A stretch of DNA of 64,000 nt from Gammaproteobacteria bacterium (GTDB taxonomy: Bacteria; Pseudomonadota; Gammaproteobacteria; JBCCGL01): contig OZ255836.1 in assembly GCA_965277715.1 (NCBI GenBank), positions 2,176,001-2,240,000 of the forward strand. The letters run 5' to 3'. The position numbers and the translations under genes were made by a program. The notes under the pieces are model-generated. The model worked only from the letters and a program-made list of their open reading frames with translations. It was not told the origin of the DNA and did no database searches. The stretch's first letter is position 1, and each line of letters begins with the position of its first letter. This document shows positions 38,061 through 47,004 of the stretch, piece after piece.

Positions 38061-38270
38061 GCCACTAAGCGGTTTTCAGCCCCTATTTAGCCTGAGATAT
38101 GCCGGGTTAAATCCAAGGTTTCTGAAAATACGCTAAGCCATAGTACACCGGCACAATCGATAGTTAATTTTTAGGTGCATTTCTGAAGTGGAAAATACTA
38201 CACCGCCGGGAGAATAGAAAGCGCCTTGCAAAGTTGTTTGCAAGTGCGAACAGAAGCAATGTATGAATAG

Positions 38271-38401
38271 CAACAAACAGTCATCGACTCTGGCTTATCG
38301 CGCTTGCGTACATTTGGAGAGGCTGGAATAGCCACTGATCGCTTGGTGAAACCGATTGGGTGCAATCCGTCTATGGCGTGGGCTATCGCTATAAACCATA
38401 A
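38271..38401 (+). pseudogene. Degraded C-terminal remnant of an OmpR/BaeR-type winged-helix response regulator
   Basis: 38342-38401 reads LGETDWVQSVYGVGYRYKP* ('.SVYGVGY.' wing motif); another frame upstream reads TVIDSGLSRLR; stops and a frameshift lie between them. Confidence 0.55.
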
Positions 38402-38415
38402 GCCTGACCAGCAAC

Positions 38416-39135
38416 CTATAACCCAAAGCGCTGGTCATTGTCTCCATCATCCCCTGCAACTTCCACCGATTCATAAAAAGCGTAAATGGCATTTACCACA
38501 TCGTCCGGGTCATCGAGGATTTGAAATAGCGCCAGATCCTCTTCAGCAATAGTACCTGAAGCCAACATACTGCCCCGCAACCAATCGATCAATCCACGCC
38601 AAAAATCACTGCCCACCAGAATAATCGGGATACGCCGGGATTTGCCTGTTTGCACCAGGGTAAGAATTTCCGCCATTTCATCTAATGTGCCAAAACCACC
38701 GGGCATCACGACGTAGGCAGCAGCGTATTTGACAAACATTACTTTGCGCGCAAAAAAATATTTAAAACTCAGAGAAATATCCTGAAAGGCATTGCCACCC
38801 TTTTCATGCGGTAGCTGAATATTCAGGCCGACACTGGTGCCTTTACCCTCATAAGCGCCTTTGTTCGCGGCGGTCATAATACCGGGGCCACCACCACTGA
38901 CGACGCTAATGCCTTCATCTGACAGCTTGCGGGCGATGGTCTCAGCCAGTTGACAATACGGGTGGCCGAGGTCAAAACGGGCCGAGCCAAAGATGCTCAC
39001 CGAGGGCCGGATACCCGCCAGGCGTTGAAAGCCGTCGACAAATTCCGCCATAATCTGAAACACTTTCCAGCTATCGCGGGTCATGGCACGGTCAATGTCA
39101 ATAGCGGCACTGATTTGCTTGAGTTTATTGCTCAT
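38416..39135 (-). CDS. LOG family protein (TIGR00730, Rossmann fold)
   Basis: 'SVSIFGSAR', 'SGGGPGIM', 'FKYFFARKVMF', 'PGGFGTLDE'. Confidence 0.92.
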   Translation of the reverse strand: MSNKLKQISAAIDIDRAMTRDSWKVFQIMAEFVDGFQRLAGIRPSVSIFGSARFDLGHPYCQLAETIARKLSDEGISVVSGGGPGIMTAANKGAYEGKGTSVGLNIQLPHEKGGNAFQDISLSFKYFFARKVMFVKYAAAYVVMPGGFGTLDEMAEILTLVQTGKSRRIPIILVGSDFWRGLIDWLRGSMLASGTIAEEDLALFQILDDPDDVVNAIYAFYESVEVAGDDGDNDQRFGL

Positions 39136-39158
39136 AATGTTTACCTGCCCAGTTAGGT

Positions 39159-39779
39159 TTAACTTGAACTAAACGTCGATTTTTCACGCAAGTTACCTGC
39201 CTGCCATAAATACAGCACGACTAACGCATCGTCCTCCGTGCAAAATTGGTGCGGTAAGTGGCTGCTGACAAACACAACATCACCGGCGCAGTGGCGTTGT
39301 TCAGCCGCCGCCCCCAAGGTAAATAGCGCCGACCCTGCCAGCACGATGTAGATTTCCTCTGCCTGATGGTGGTGTTGTGGGTAGATAATATGCGGCCCCC
39401 ATACACCGATACCACAGCGCACCCGCTCACTGATAAAGGGGCCATTTTTACCGATCACTTCAGCAAAGCCATAACCTGCCAGCATGGCCTCACTGACTTG
39501 CCTGTCTGCCTTTTTATAGCTTTGTTCCCACAGCAGGCGGTGCTTATTGTCTGCAAACAGCGTGAGCAATGCCTGGATGGGTCTATTTGTGTTCTGTCGA
39601 GCTGGGCGCGTTGGGGTGAGGTAATCCGCTGCGGCAAGGTGTGATGGTGTTACACCCCGCCACTCTACGCCCCAGTTTGCCACGCCCGCTTTAAAACGTG
39701 CTACAGCGGGGTCTGGGTGTGCGGCGATAAAGCCTGTGATGGCGTTTAACAGCGCTTTGTCTGATGTTTCATTACACAT
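39159..39779 (-). CDS. DMSP lyase family cupin (DddQ/DddL-like)
   Basis: 'WEQSY...YGFAEVIGKNGP...GPHIIYPQHHHQAEEIYIVLAG...SHLPH'; start 39779 or 39803. Confidence 0.65.
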   Translation of the reverse strand: MCNETSDKALLNAITGFIAAHPDPAVARFKAGVANWGVEWRGVTPSHLAAADYLTPTRPARQNTNRPIQALLTLFADNKHRLLWEQSYKKADRQVSEAMLAGYGFAEVIGKNGPFISERVRCGIGVWGPHIIYPQHHHQAEEIYIVLAGSALFTLGAAAEQRHCAGDVVFVSSHLPHQFCTEDDALVVLYLWQAGNLREKSTFSSS

Positions 39780-40061
39780 AGCGATGCCAGACAGGTACTT
39801 CAATTAACCGATGCATGGGTTTGCTCGGATTTTTGGTAGCGTTTTTGTGCAAGTTCATCTTCCATATAACAATGTAACTGGGGCATGAAGTTCTCTACTT
39901 ATTCAAAGTATGGGTGGGTTGTGTGGAACATAGTACAACCATTGGTGGTTCTCTACCGGACAATGTCATCCCTCGACTGCAATCCGAACCCCCAACAATG
40001 AGAAAAAGCAGTATTCTTAGCGGATCACTTCACCCCTTCGTAACAAAGGTCAAACACACCC

Positions 40062-42791
40062 ATGAATAAGGATAAGGTATTTATTCTGGTCGACGGTTCC
40101 TCGTATTTATACCGCGCTTTCCACGCACTGCCCGAGCTAAGCACCTCAGATGGCTTGCAAACCGGCGCGATAAAAGGCGTGTGTAATATGTTGCGCAAGC
40201 TGATCAGCGAGTACTCCCCGGAGCTGATGGCGGTGGTGTTTGACGCCAAGGGCAAAACCTTTCGCGATGATCTCTACTCACAGTACAAGGCCAATCGCCC
40301 TCCCATGCCTGAGGGGATGCGTGAACAAATCGAGCCGTTGCACGATCTGGTGCGGGCAATGGGCCTGCCCCTGCTGAGCGTAACGGGCGTCGAGGCCGAT
40401 GATGTTATCGGCACGCTGGCGGTGCAGGCCGCCAAAGCCGGGCAAAAAGTGTTGATCTCGACAGGTGACAAAGACATGGCGCAACTGGTGGATGACAACA
40501 CCACGCTGATCAATACCATGAGCGGCACGCTGATGAACCCACAAGGGGTAATCGACAAATTCGGTGTGCGTGCCGGGCAGATCATCGACTACCTGGCGCT
40601 GGTGGGGGATACCGCAGACAATATCCCCGGCGTGCCCAAATGCGGGCCAAAAACGGCGGCCAAATGGCTGGCCGAATACCCCACGATGCAGGACGTCATC
40701 GACAATGTCGGGTCGATAAAAGGCAAGATCGGTGAAAACCTGCGTGCCAGCATCCCGCACTTGCCGTTGTCCTATCAGCTCGCCACCATCAAGCTGGATG
40801 TTGTGCTGGAACAAACCTACGACCAGCTCGCGATTACCGAACCGGCGCATGATGAGATGGTCGCGCTACTCACCCGCCTCGAATTCAAGACCTGGCTGCG
40901 CGAGGTAAACGGCGATGAAGCCGATGACAACACCGCGCAGGATACCCCGGCAGCTCCTGTAGCCATTGCAGATAGTAATACCACACACCACTACCACACC
41001 GTGCTCAACGGCACTGCACTCCAGGCGTGGATCGAAAAGCTCACCGCAGCGGGCGAGTTTGCCTTCGATACCGAGACCACCAGCTTAGACTATATGCAGG
41101 CGCAGATTGTCGGGGTGTCGTTTGCCTGTGCCCCAGGTGAAGCCGCCTATGTACCGGTCGCCCATCACTACGAAGGCGCCCCTGCACAACTGGGTCGTGA
41201 CTTTGTGCTGCAAAGGCTCCAACCCCTGTTGGAAAACCCGTCGATTAAGAAAATCGGCCAGAATTTAAAATACGACCGCAGTGTGTTGTGTAACCACGGC
41301 ATTCAGCTCAATGGCATCGCGCACGACACCATGCTCGAATCCTTTGTGCTCGACTCCACCGCCGGTCGGCACGATATGGACTCCCTCGCCGAACGCCACC
41401 TCGGGGTGAAAACCGTGCATTTCGAGGACATCGCGGGCAAGGGTAAAAACCAACTGACCTTCGACCAGATCGACCTCGAAACAGCCGCCCATTACGCCGC
41501 TGAAGATGCCGACATCACTCTGCGCCTGCACCAGGCCATCTGGCCCAGGTTATCCGCCATGGAAACGCTTAAAACCCTGTATCAGGATATTGAACTGCCG
41601 TTGGTGGGCATACTCTCAGAGGTTGAACGCAACGGGGTAAAAATCGACCCAGATAAACTGTTTGCACAAAGCCACGAAATTGCCGAGCGGCTCAATGAGC
41701 TGGAGCGTGCCGCCCACGAAGAGGCTGGTGAGGTGTTTAACCTGGGTTCACCAAAGCAAATCCAGGCGATATTTTTTGAGAAAAAGAAACTGCCGGTTAT
41801 CCGCAAAACCCCCAAAGGGCAGCCCTCTACCGCAGAAGACGTGCTGGAAATACTGGCCGTTGATCACCGACTGCCAAAGTTGATCCTGGAACACCGTGGC
41901 CTGAGTAAACTGAAAAGTACCTATACCGATAAACTGCCACTGCAAATCGACCCCGGCACCGGGCGTGTACACACGTCTTATCATCAGGCGGGAGCGGCCA
42001 CCGGGCGTTTCTCATCAAGCGACCCTAACTTGCAGAATATCCCCGTTCGCAGTGGCGAGGGGCGGCGTATTCGCCAGGCTTTTATCGCCGAAAAAGGTTA
42101 TCAACTACTGGCCGCCGACTACTCGCAAATCGAGCTGCGGATTATGGCCCACCTCTCCGCAGACCAGGGCCTGCTAAGCGCTTTTGCGCAAGGCATCGAC
42201 ATCCACAGCGCCACCGCCGCCGAGGTCTTTGGCCTGCCCACCACCGCCGTCGAACCCGACCAGCGCCGGGCGGCAAAAGCCATCAACTTCGGATTGATTT
42301 ACGGCATGTCGGCATTTGGCCTGGCCAAGCAACTCGAAGTCAGCCGAGGTGAAGCCCAGGACTATATCGACCTATACTTTTCGCGCTACCCTGGTGTTAA
42401 GCGCTATATGGAGCAAACCCGCGAGAGCGCACGCGAACAAGGCTACGTGGAGACCGTTTTTGGTCGGCGGCTCTACCTGCCAGACATCAACGCCCGCAAC
42501 GCCCAACACCGCCAATACGCCGAGCGCACCGCCATCAACGCACCGATGCAGGGCACAGCGGCGGATATCATCAAACGCGCCATGCGGATAGTGAGCGAGT
42601 GGTTGCAGTCGAGTAATACTGACGCAAAAATCATCATGCAAGTACACGATGAGCTGGTGCTGGAAGTGGCAGAAACAGCGGTAGATACCGTGCGCAACGA
42701 AGTAACCCACTTAATGGAAAACACCGCAACACTGGCCGTGCCGTTAGTCGTTGATATCGGCGTAGGAGACAACTGGGAAGAGGCGCACTAG
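40062..42791 (+). CDS. polA: DNA polymerase I
   Basis: 5'-3' exo 'LVDGSSYLYRAFHA'; 3'-5' exo 'FDTETT'; motif A 'ADYSQIELR', motif B 'RRAAKAINFGLIYG', motif C 'QVHDEL'. Confidence 0.99.
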   Translation: MNKDKVFILVDGSSYLYRAFHALPELSTSDGLQTGAIKGVCNMLRKLISEYSPELMAVVFDAKGKTFRDDLYSQYKANRPPMPEGMREQIEPLHDLVRAMGLPLLSVTGVEADDVIGTLAVQAAKAGQKVLISTGDKDMAQLVDDNTTLINTMSGTLMNPQGVIDKFGVRAGQIIDYLALVGDTADNIPGVPKCGPKTAAKWLAEYPTMQDVIDNVGSIKGKIGENLRASIPHLPLSYQLATIKLDVVLEQTYDQLAITEPAHDEMVALLTRLEFKTWLREVNGDEADDNTAQDTPAAPVAIADSNTTHHYHTVLNGTALQAWIEKLTAAGEFAFDTETTSLDYMQAQIVGVSFACAPGEAAYVPVAHHYEGAPAQLGRDFVLQRLQPLLENPSIKKIGQNLKYDRSVLCNHGIQLNGIAHDTMLESFVLDSTAGRHDMDSLAERHLGVKTVHFEDIAGKGKNQLTFDQIDLETAAHYAAEDADITLRLHQAIWPRLSAMETLKTLYQDIELPLVGILSEVERNGVKIDPDKLFAQSHEIAERLNELERAAHEEAGEVFNLGSPKQIQAIFFEKKKLPVIRKTPKGQPSTAEDVLEILAVDHRLPKLILEHRGLSKLKSTYTDKLPLQIDPGTGRVHTSYHQAGAATGRFSSSDPNLQNIPVRSGEGRRIRQAFIAEKGYQLLAADYSQIELRIMAHLSADQGLLSAFAQGIDIHSATAAEVFGLPTTAVEPDQRRAAKAINFGLIYGMSAFGLAKQLEVSRGEAQDYIDLYFSRYPGVKRYMEQTRESAREQGYVETVFGRRLYLPDINARNAQHRQYAERTAINAPMQGTAADIIKRAMRIVSEWLQSSNTDAKIIMQVHDELVLEVAETAVDTVRNEVTHLMENTATLAVPLVVDIGVGDNWEEAH

Positions 42792-42817
42792 CGCTTCTTC
42801 CCTTCACCCTCCACCAC

Positions 42818-44164
42818 TCAAACCATCGTCACCAACTCTTCACTGCTACTGGGGTGAATCGCAACCGTATCATCAAAATCACGCTTACACGCCCCCATGC
42901 GAATCGCCACGGCAAACCCCTGCAACATTTCATCGGCACCGGGGCCAATGATGTGGCAGCCGATAACCTTTTCATCCTCACCGATCACCACCAGTTTCAT
43001 CGCCGTTTTAGGCGCGTGTTCGGTAAAGGCGTTGTACATGGCCGTGAACTCACTGGTGTATACCTTGACGGCATCACCGTGCTGTTCTCGCGCCTGGGCT
43101 TCGGTGAGGCCCACTGTGCCAATTGGTGGGTGGCTAAACACCACGGTCGGGATGTTTTCATAGTCGAGTCGGCGTTCCTTCTGCCCACCGTAGAGCCGAT
43201 CAGCCAGGCGCCGCCCCGCCGCTATCGCCACCGGGGTGAGTTGTGCGCGGCCAGTGACATCACCCAGCGCGAAAACACCTTCTACGTTTGTCGCCTGCCA
43301 CGGATCCGTGGGGATGTAGCCACGCGCATCCACATTAACGCCCGCACCCGCCAGGTTTAAACCCGCGCTTAGCGGTGTGCGGCCAATCGCCCAGATAACC
43401 TGGTCAAAACCACTGAGGGATTCACCGCCTTCGGTGTGGATGGTGATGCTGTCACCGGTTTTTTCCAGCGAGGCAATCTGTGTGTTATTGACGATGTTTA
43501 CGCCACTGTCACGCATGGCGCTATCGAGTGCCTGGTGGACGATTGGGTCAAATTCACGCAGAAAGTGTTGCTTGCGAATAATCTGCGAAACATCGCTGCC
43601 CAATGCATTCAACATACCCGCCAATTCGACCGCAATATAACCGGCGCCTACCACTGCGACTTTTTTTGGCTGTGCTTGCAGGGCAAAAAAACCGTCTGAG
43701 CTGATCCCCAGATCGGCACCTGGCAACGTCGGCACCACCGGCTGCCCACCCGGCGCAATGACGATGCGATCGGCGCTGTAGTGCACACCACCGACATCGA
43801 GCGTGTGGGCATCGACAAATTTAGCCCGGCCAGTCAGCAGGTCGATATTGTCATCACCGAGGTAGCTGATATACCACTCATTGATATTACGAATGTATTG
43901 CTCGCGTTTTTCAACCAGGGTTGCCCAGCTAAAGCCATTGACCGACACATCGAAACCGTAGCCTTTAGCGTCATCCAACATATGCGCGATGCTGGCGCCA
44001 TACCACATGATTTTCTTTGGAACACACCCCCGGTTAACACAAGTGCCGCCGAGCTTGTCAAACTCGACCACCGCGCAGCGCGCCCCGTAACGCGCCGCCT
44101 TGTTGGCGACCGAGAGGCCACCGCTGCCGGCGCCAATAGCGATCAAGTCATAGTGTTTGTTCAT
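42818..44164 (-). CDS. gorA: Glutathione-disulfide reductase
   Basis: 'GAGSGG', '[13 protein letters not shown]', 'GAGYIAVE', '[10 protein letters not shown]', '[11 protein letters not shown]'. Confidence 0.96.
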   Translation of the reverse strand: MNKHYDLIAIGAGSGGLSVANKAARYGARCAVVEFDKLGGTCVNRGCVPKKIMWYGASIAHMLDDAKGYGFDVSVNGFSWATLVEKREQYIRNINEWYISYLGDDNIDLLTGRAKFVDAHTLDVGGVHYSADRIVIAPGGQPVVPTLPGADLGISSDGFFALQAQPKKVAVVGAGYIAVELAGMLNALGSDVSQIIRKQHFLREFDPIVHQALDSAMRDSGVNIVNNTQIASLEKTGDSITIHTEGGESLSGFDQVIWAIGRTPLSAGLNLAGAGVNVDARGYIPTDPWQATNVEGVFALGDVTGRAQLTPVAIAAGRRLADRLYGGQKERRLDYENIPTVVFSHPPIGTVGLTEAQAREQHGDAVKVYTSEFTAMYNAFTEHAPKTAMKLVVIGEDEKVIGCHIIGPGADEMLQGFAVAIRMGACKRDFDDTVAIHPSSSEELVTMV

Positions 44165-44207
44165 ACGGGTATCCCCTCAAATAAACGCTTAATGTATAGT
44201 TCCGCGC

Positions 44208-45131
44208 ATGAGAAGAAAAGACCAAATCCACGCAGTGCGCAAAAAAAAACAACGGCATTTTATCCATGAACGCCTACACCAATACGGAATACTCACCCGG
44301 ATCAATCGGCCTATTGGGATTTATCTGTTGCTGTGGCCGTGCCTATGGGCGCTGTGGATTGCCGCCGAAGGGGTGCCACATTTAGGCGTGCTGTGTGTGT
44401 TTGTCACCGGCACTATTCTGATGCGCTCTGCCGGTTGTGTTATCAATGACTACGCAGACCGCCATATCGATGGCCAGGTAACACGCACGCAAAACCGCCC
44501 ATTGAGCACGGGCGCTATCAGCCCACGTGAAGCACTGGGGTTGTTTGCCGTCTTGTCGTTGTTGGCGTTTTTACTGGTGTTGACGATGAATAAACAAACC
44601 ATTTATATGTCGTTTGTGGGCCTGGTGCTGGCGATTATTTACCCGTTTTCAAAACGCTTCACCTATTTGCCACAGGTGTTTTTAGGGGCGGCCTTTGCCT
44701 GGGCGATTCCTATGGCGTTCACGGCACAAACCGGGGGCACCAGTAAAATCACCTGGCTGTTGTATATCACGACGGTTTTATGGGCATTGGCCTACGACAC
44801 TGTATACGCAATGGCGGACCGCGATGACGATATTAAAATCGGGGTAAAATCGACAGCGATTTTATTTGGTGAACTGGATATAACCCTAGTCGCCATTATT
44901 CAGGTAATTGTATTGTCGAGCTTGCTACTGGTAGCGAACCAAGCCGATTTTAGTCTTTGGTTTTATGCCGCGTGGCTGCTCGCTTGCGGGTTGGTCGGGT
45001 TTCAGCTGTTTATGCTCGCCGATCGTCGACCGGCACACTGCATTATGGCGTTCCTGAATAATCACTACGTGGGCCTGGTTATTTTTATCGGGATCGCCCT
45101 GCACTACTGGTTAGCACCTGCAACAAAATAA
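44208..45131 (+). CDS. ubiA: 4-hydroxybenzoate octaprenyltransferase
   Basis: 'RINRPIGIYLLLWP', 'MRSAGCVINDYADR', 'YDTVYAMADRDDD'; start uncertain. Confidence 0.95.
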   Translation: MRRKDQIHAVRKKKQRHFIHERLHQYGILTRINRPIGIYLLLWPCLWALWIAAEGVPHLGVLCVFVTGTILMRSAGCVINDYADRHIDGQVTRTQNRPLSTGAISPREALGLFAVLSLLAFLLVLTMNKQTIYMSFVGLVLAIIYPFSKRFTYLPQVFLGAAFAWAIPMAFTAQTGGTSKITWLLYITTVLWALAYDTVYAMADRDDDIKIGVKSTAILFGELDITLVAIIQVIVLSSLLLVANQADFSLWFYAAWLLACGLVGFQLFMLADRRPAHCIMAFLNNHYVGLVIFIGIALHYWLAPATK

Positions 45132-45143
45132 TGCCTCTGCCTC

Positions 45144-45872
45144 TCAACCACTAACCGCAACACCCTGCGACGCCGCACGCGCAAACGACCACACCTGCAC
45201 CTCGGCGGCACCCGCCTGTTTTAGTACACGGGCTATTTCGTTTGCTGTTGAGGTGGTGGTGACCACATCATCGACCAGTGCGATGCAGGCGGCATCAACG
45301 GATTTGCACACGCGAAAGGCAGCGCGTACATTTTGCCTGCGCTTGCGGGCGGGCAGTTCCATTTGTGCGGCTGTATTGCGCGTTCGCTCCAACAGCGCAC
45401 TATCCTGCCTGCACGCCAGTTGTCTGGCGATATGGGTGGCTATTTGCCCGGATTGATTAAAGCCGCGCTGGCGCAAACGGTCAGTGTGTAATGGCACGGG
45501 GACAATGACATCGGGCATACGTTCAAGCACGCGTGATAAATGGGTCGCCAATAGCGCACCCATCACCCGTGCAAAATAGCGTTTCCCCGCAAATTTGAGC
45601 TGTGCCACCATAAAATCACACGGCACTTCGTAGCGATAGGGCGAGATAACCCGATCAAACGCCGGGCGGGTTAGCAGGCAACGACCACATAAACCAACTA
45701 ACAAGGGGTTTGCCGGAAGTGGCAAGGGTAGGGCGCAGCGGCGACAGGCAAAGCCGTTGAGCGGTAAATCACCCAGGCAGGGTCTGCATAGATCAAGGCC
45801 ATTATCCCCTGGATCACTGCACAGCGCGCAGCTACCAAGGTAGTTGAGCGGATTGAGGTGTGAACGAAACAC
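45144..45872 (-). CDS. comF: ComF family protein (zinc ribbon plus PRTase domain)
   Basis: Multiple CxxC motifs; 'PVPLH..RLRQRGFNQS', 'LVDDVVTTTST'. Confidence 0.88.
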   Translation of the reverse strand: MFRSHLNPLNYLGSCALCSDPGDNGLDLCRPCLGDLPLNGFACRRCALPLPLPANPLLVGLCGRCLLTRPAFDRVISPYRYEVPCDFMVAQLKFAGKRYFARVMGALLATHLSRVLERMPDVIVPVPLHTDRLRQRGFNQSGQIATHIARQLACRQDSALLERTRNTAAQMELPARKRRQNVRAAFRVCKSVDAACIALVDDVVTTTSTANEIARVLKQAGAAEVQVWSFARAASQGVAVSG

Positions 45873-45938
45873 GGATTAACTGACTGTGAAGCTTTTTTTC
45901 ATTTTTCCAGGAGCCTCCAGGCTTCAATACTCTCTCTT

Positions 45939-46018
45939 CAACCAATTGATTTATAAGTACATTCATGCTTAACACCTAAATAGCCCCTGTTTTAATGTAA
46001 TTTAAAATCAACCGGTTA
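45939..46018. promoter_or_regulatory. Two consensus IHF sites in the comF/OmpA-family intergenic region
   Basis: CAACCAATTGATT (minus strand AATCAA-TTGG-TTG) at 45939-45951 and AATCAA-CCGG-TTA at 46006-46018. Confidence 0.45.
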
Positions 46019-46212
46019 CAGAGGTGAGACCTTTAAATCTGCCCTCCCGGTTACTGCGATTTAAATGTCAATCTATTTAAAATATCACACATCAAGACGT
46101 AAACCTGCACTATCATTAGGTCACGCAGTTTTCACGCTCTCAAGATTGAAAACACTTAGGATCAAATCCATAACTGCGAAACCACCACTTTACACTTTTA
46201 GAGGAATAAACA

Positions 46213-46860
46213 ATGCAATTAAAACTCGTCTCTGCGACCATTATTGCCGTATTGGCCGTGGGCACTGCCGCCGCTCACAATATCAGTGTCGATGGGCACG
46301 TTGACGCACACGATGGTTACGCCGGATCACACGGTACTATATTGAAATCCAGCTTTGGCGATTGCGTTCGCTCATCAAGGTGGTCGGCAGATAACGCCGT
46401 CGATGTCTGTGAAGGCATCGAACCGAAAGTTGAAGCCCCCGCGCCAGAACCTGTCGCAGTCCCTGAACCAGCACCGGAACCCGAGCCAGCACCACTGTAT
46501 GAAAAAGTCGTACTGAAAGGCCATACATTGTTTGACACCAATAAGTCAATGCTAACCGACGGTGGTAAAGCAATTCTCGATGAGTTAGTGCACAAAGTGA
46601 AAAAAGTCGTTGATATCGAGCACTTCAAGATTGTTGGTCACACCGACAGCCGGGGTAGTCATGACTATAACCAGGGCTTGTCTGAGCGACGCGCCACCTC
46701 AGTTAAAGATTACTTTGTCACCTCTGGGTTGGGTTATATCAAAATGAACACGAGCGGTGTGGGTGAAACGTCACCGATTGCAAGCAATAGTACCCGTGAA
46801 GGCCGCCAGCAAAACCGCCGTGTTGAAATTTTTATCCCTGCGCGCAAGCTTGTTCACTAA
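46213..46860 (+). CDS. OmpA-family peptidoglycan-binding protein
   Basis: Signal peptide, 'GDCVRSSRW', Pro-rich linker, 'GHTDSRG..YNQGLSERRA', 'GRQQNRRVEI'. Confidence 0.93.
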   Translation: MQLKLVSATIIAVLAVGTAAAHNISVDGHVDAHDGYAGSHGTILKSSFGDCVRSSRWSADNAVDVCEGIEPKVEAPAPEPVAVPEPAPEPEPAPLYEKVVLKGHTLFDTNKSMLTDGGKAILDELVHKVKKVVDIEHFKIVGHTDSRGSHDYNQGLSERRATSVKDYFVTSGLGYIKMNTSGVGETSPIASNSTREGRQQNRRVEIFIPARKLVH

Positions 46861-46887
46861 GGCTTTATTACTATAAGGATGCCACTG

Positions 46888-46915
46888 GATAAGGGCGAAA
46901 TACTTCGCCCTTATC
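46888..46915. terminator. Hairpin between the convergent OmpA-family gene and pepN (terminator or REP-like)
   Basis: GATAAGGGCGAA-ATAC-TTCGCCCTTATC perfect 12-bp stem; no clear U tract. Confidence 0.55.
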
Positions 46916-46966
46916 GCGTACACAAAAAATGGCTCAAGCCGGTCTTTCCCGCGCTACGAGCGTCTA

Positions 46967-47004
46967 AACCCGTCAATATAAGGCAGGCGGTGTACTGGTT
47001 ATTG
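46967..47004. repeat. Dispersed repeat copy 2 (uninterrupted equivalent of the MITE-interrupted copy at 23588-23725)
   Basis: AACCCGTCAATATAAGGCAGGCGGTGTACTGGTTATTG. Confidence 0.8.

Noticed and set aside
42792-42817. Spot 42 (spf) sRNA downstream of polA
   Set aside because: Only 26 bp separate polA from the convergent gorA; no spf-like sequence.
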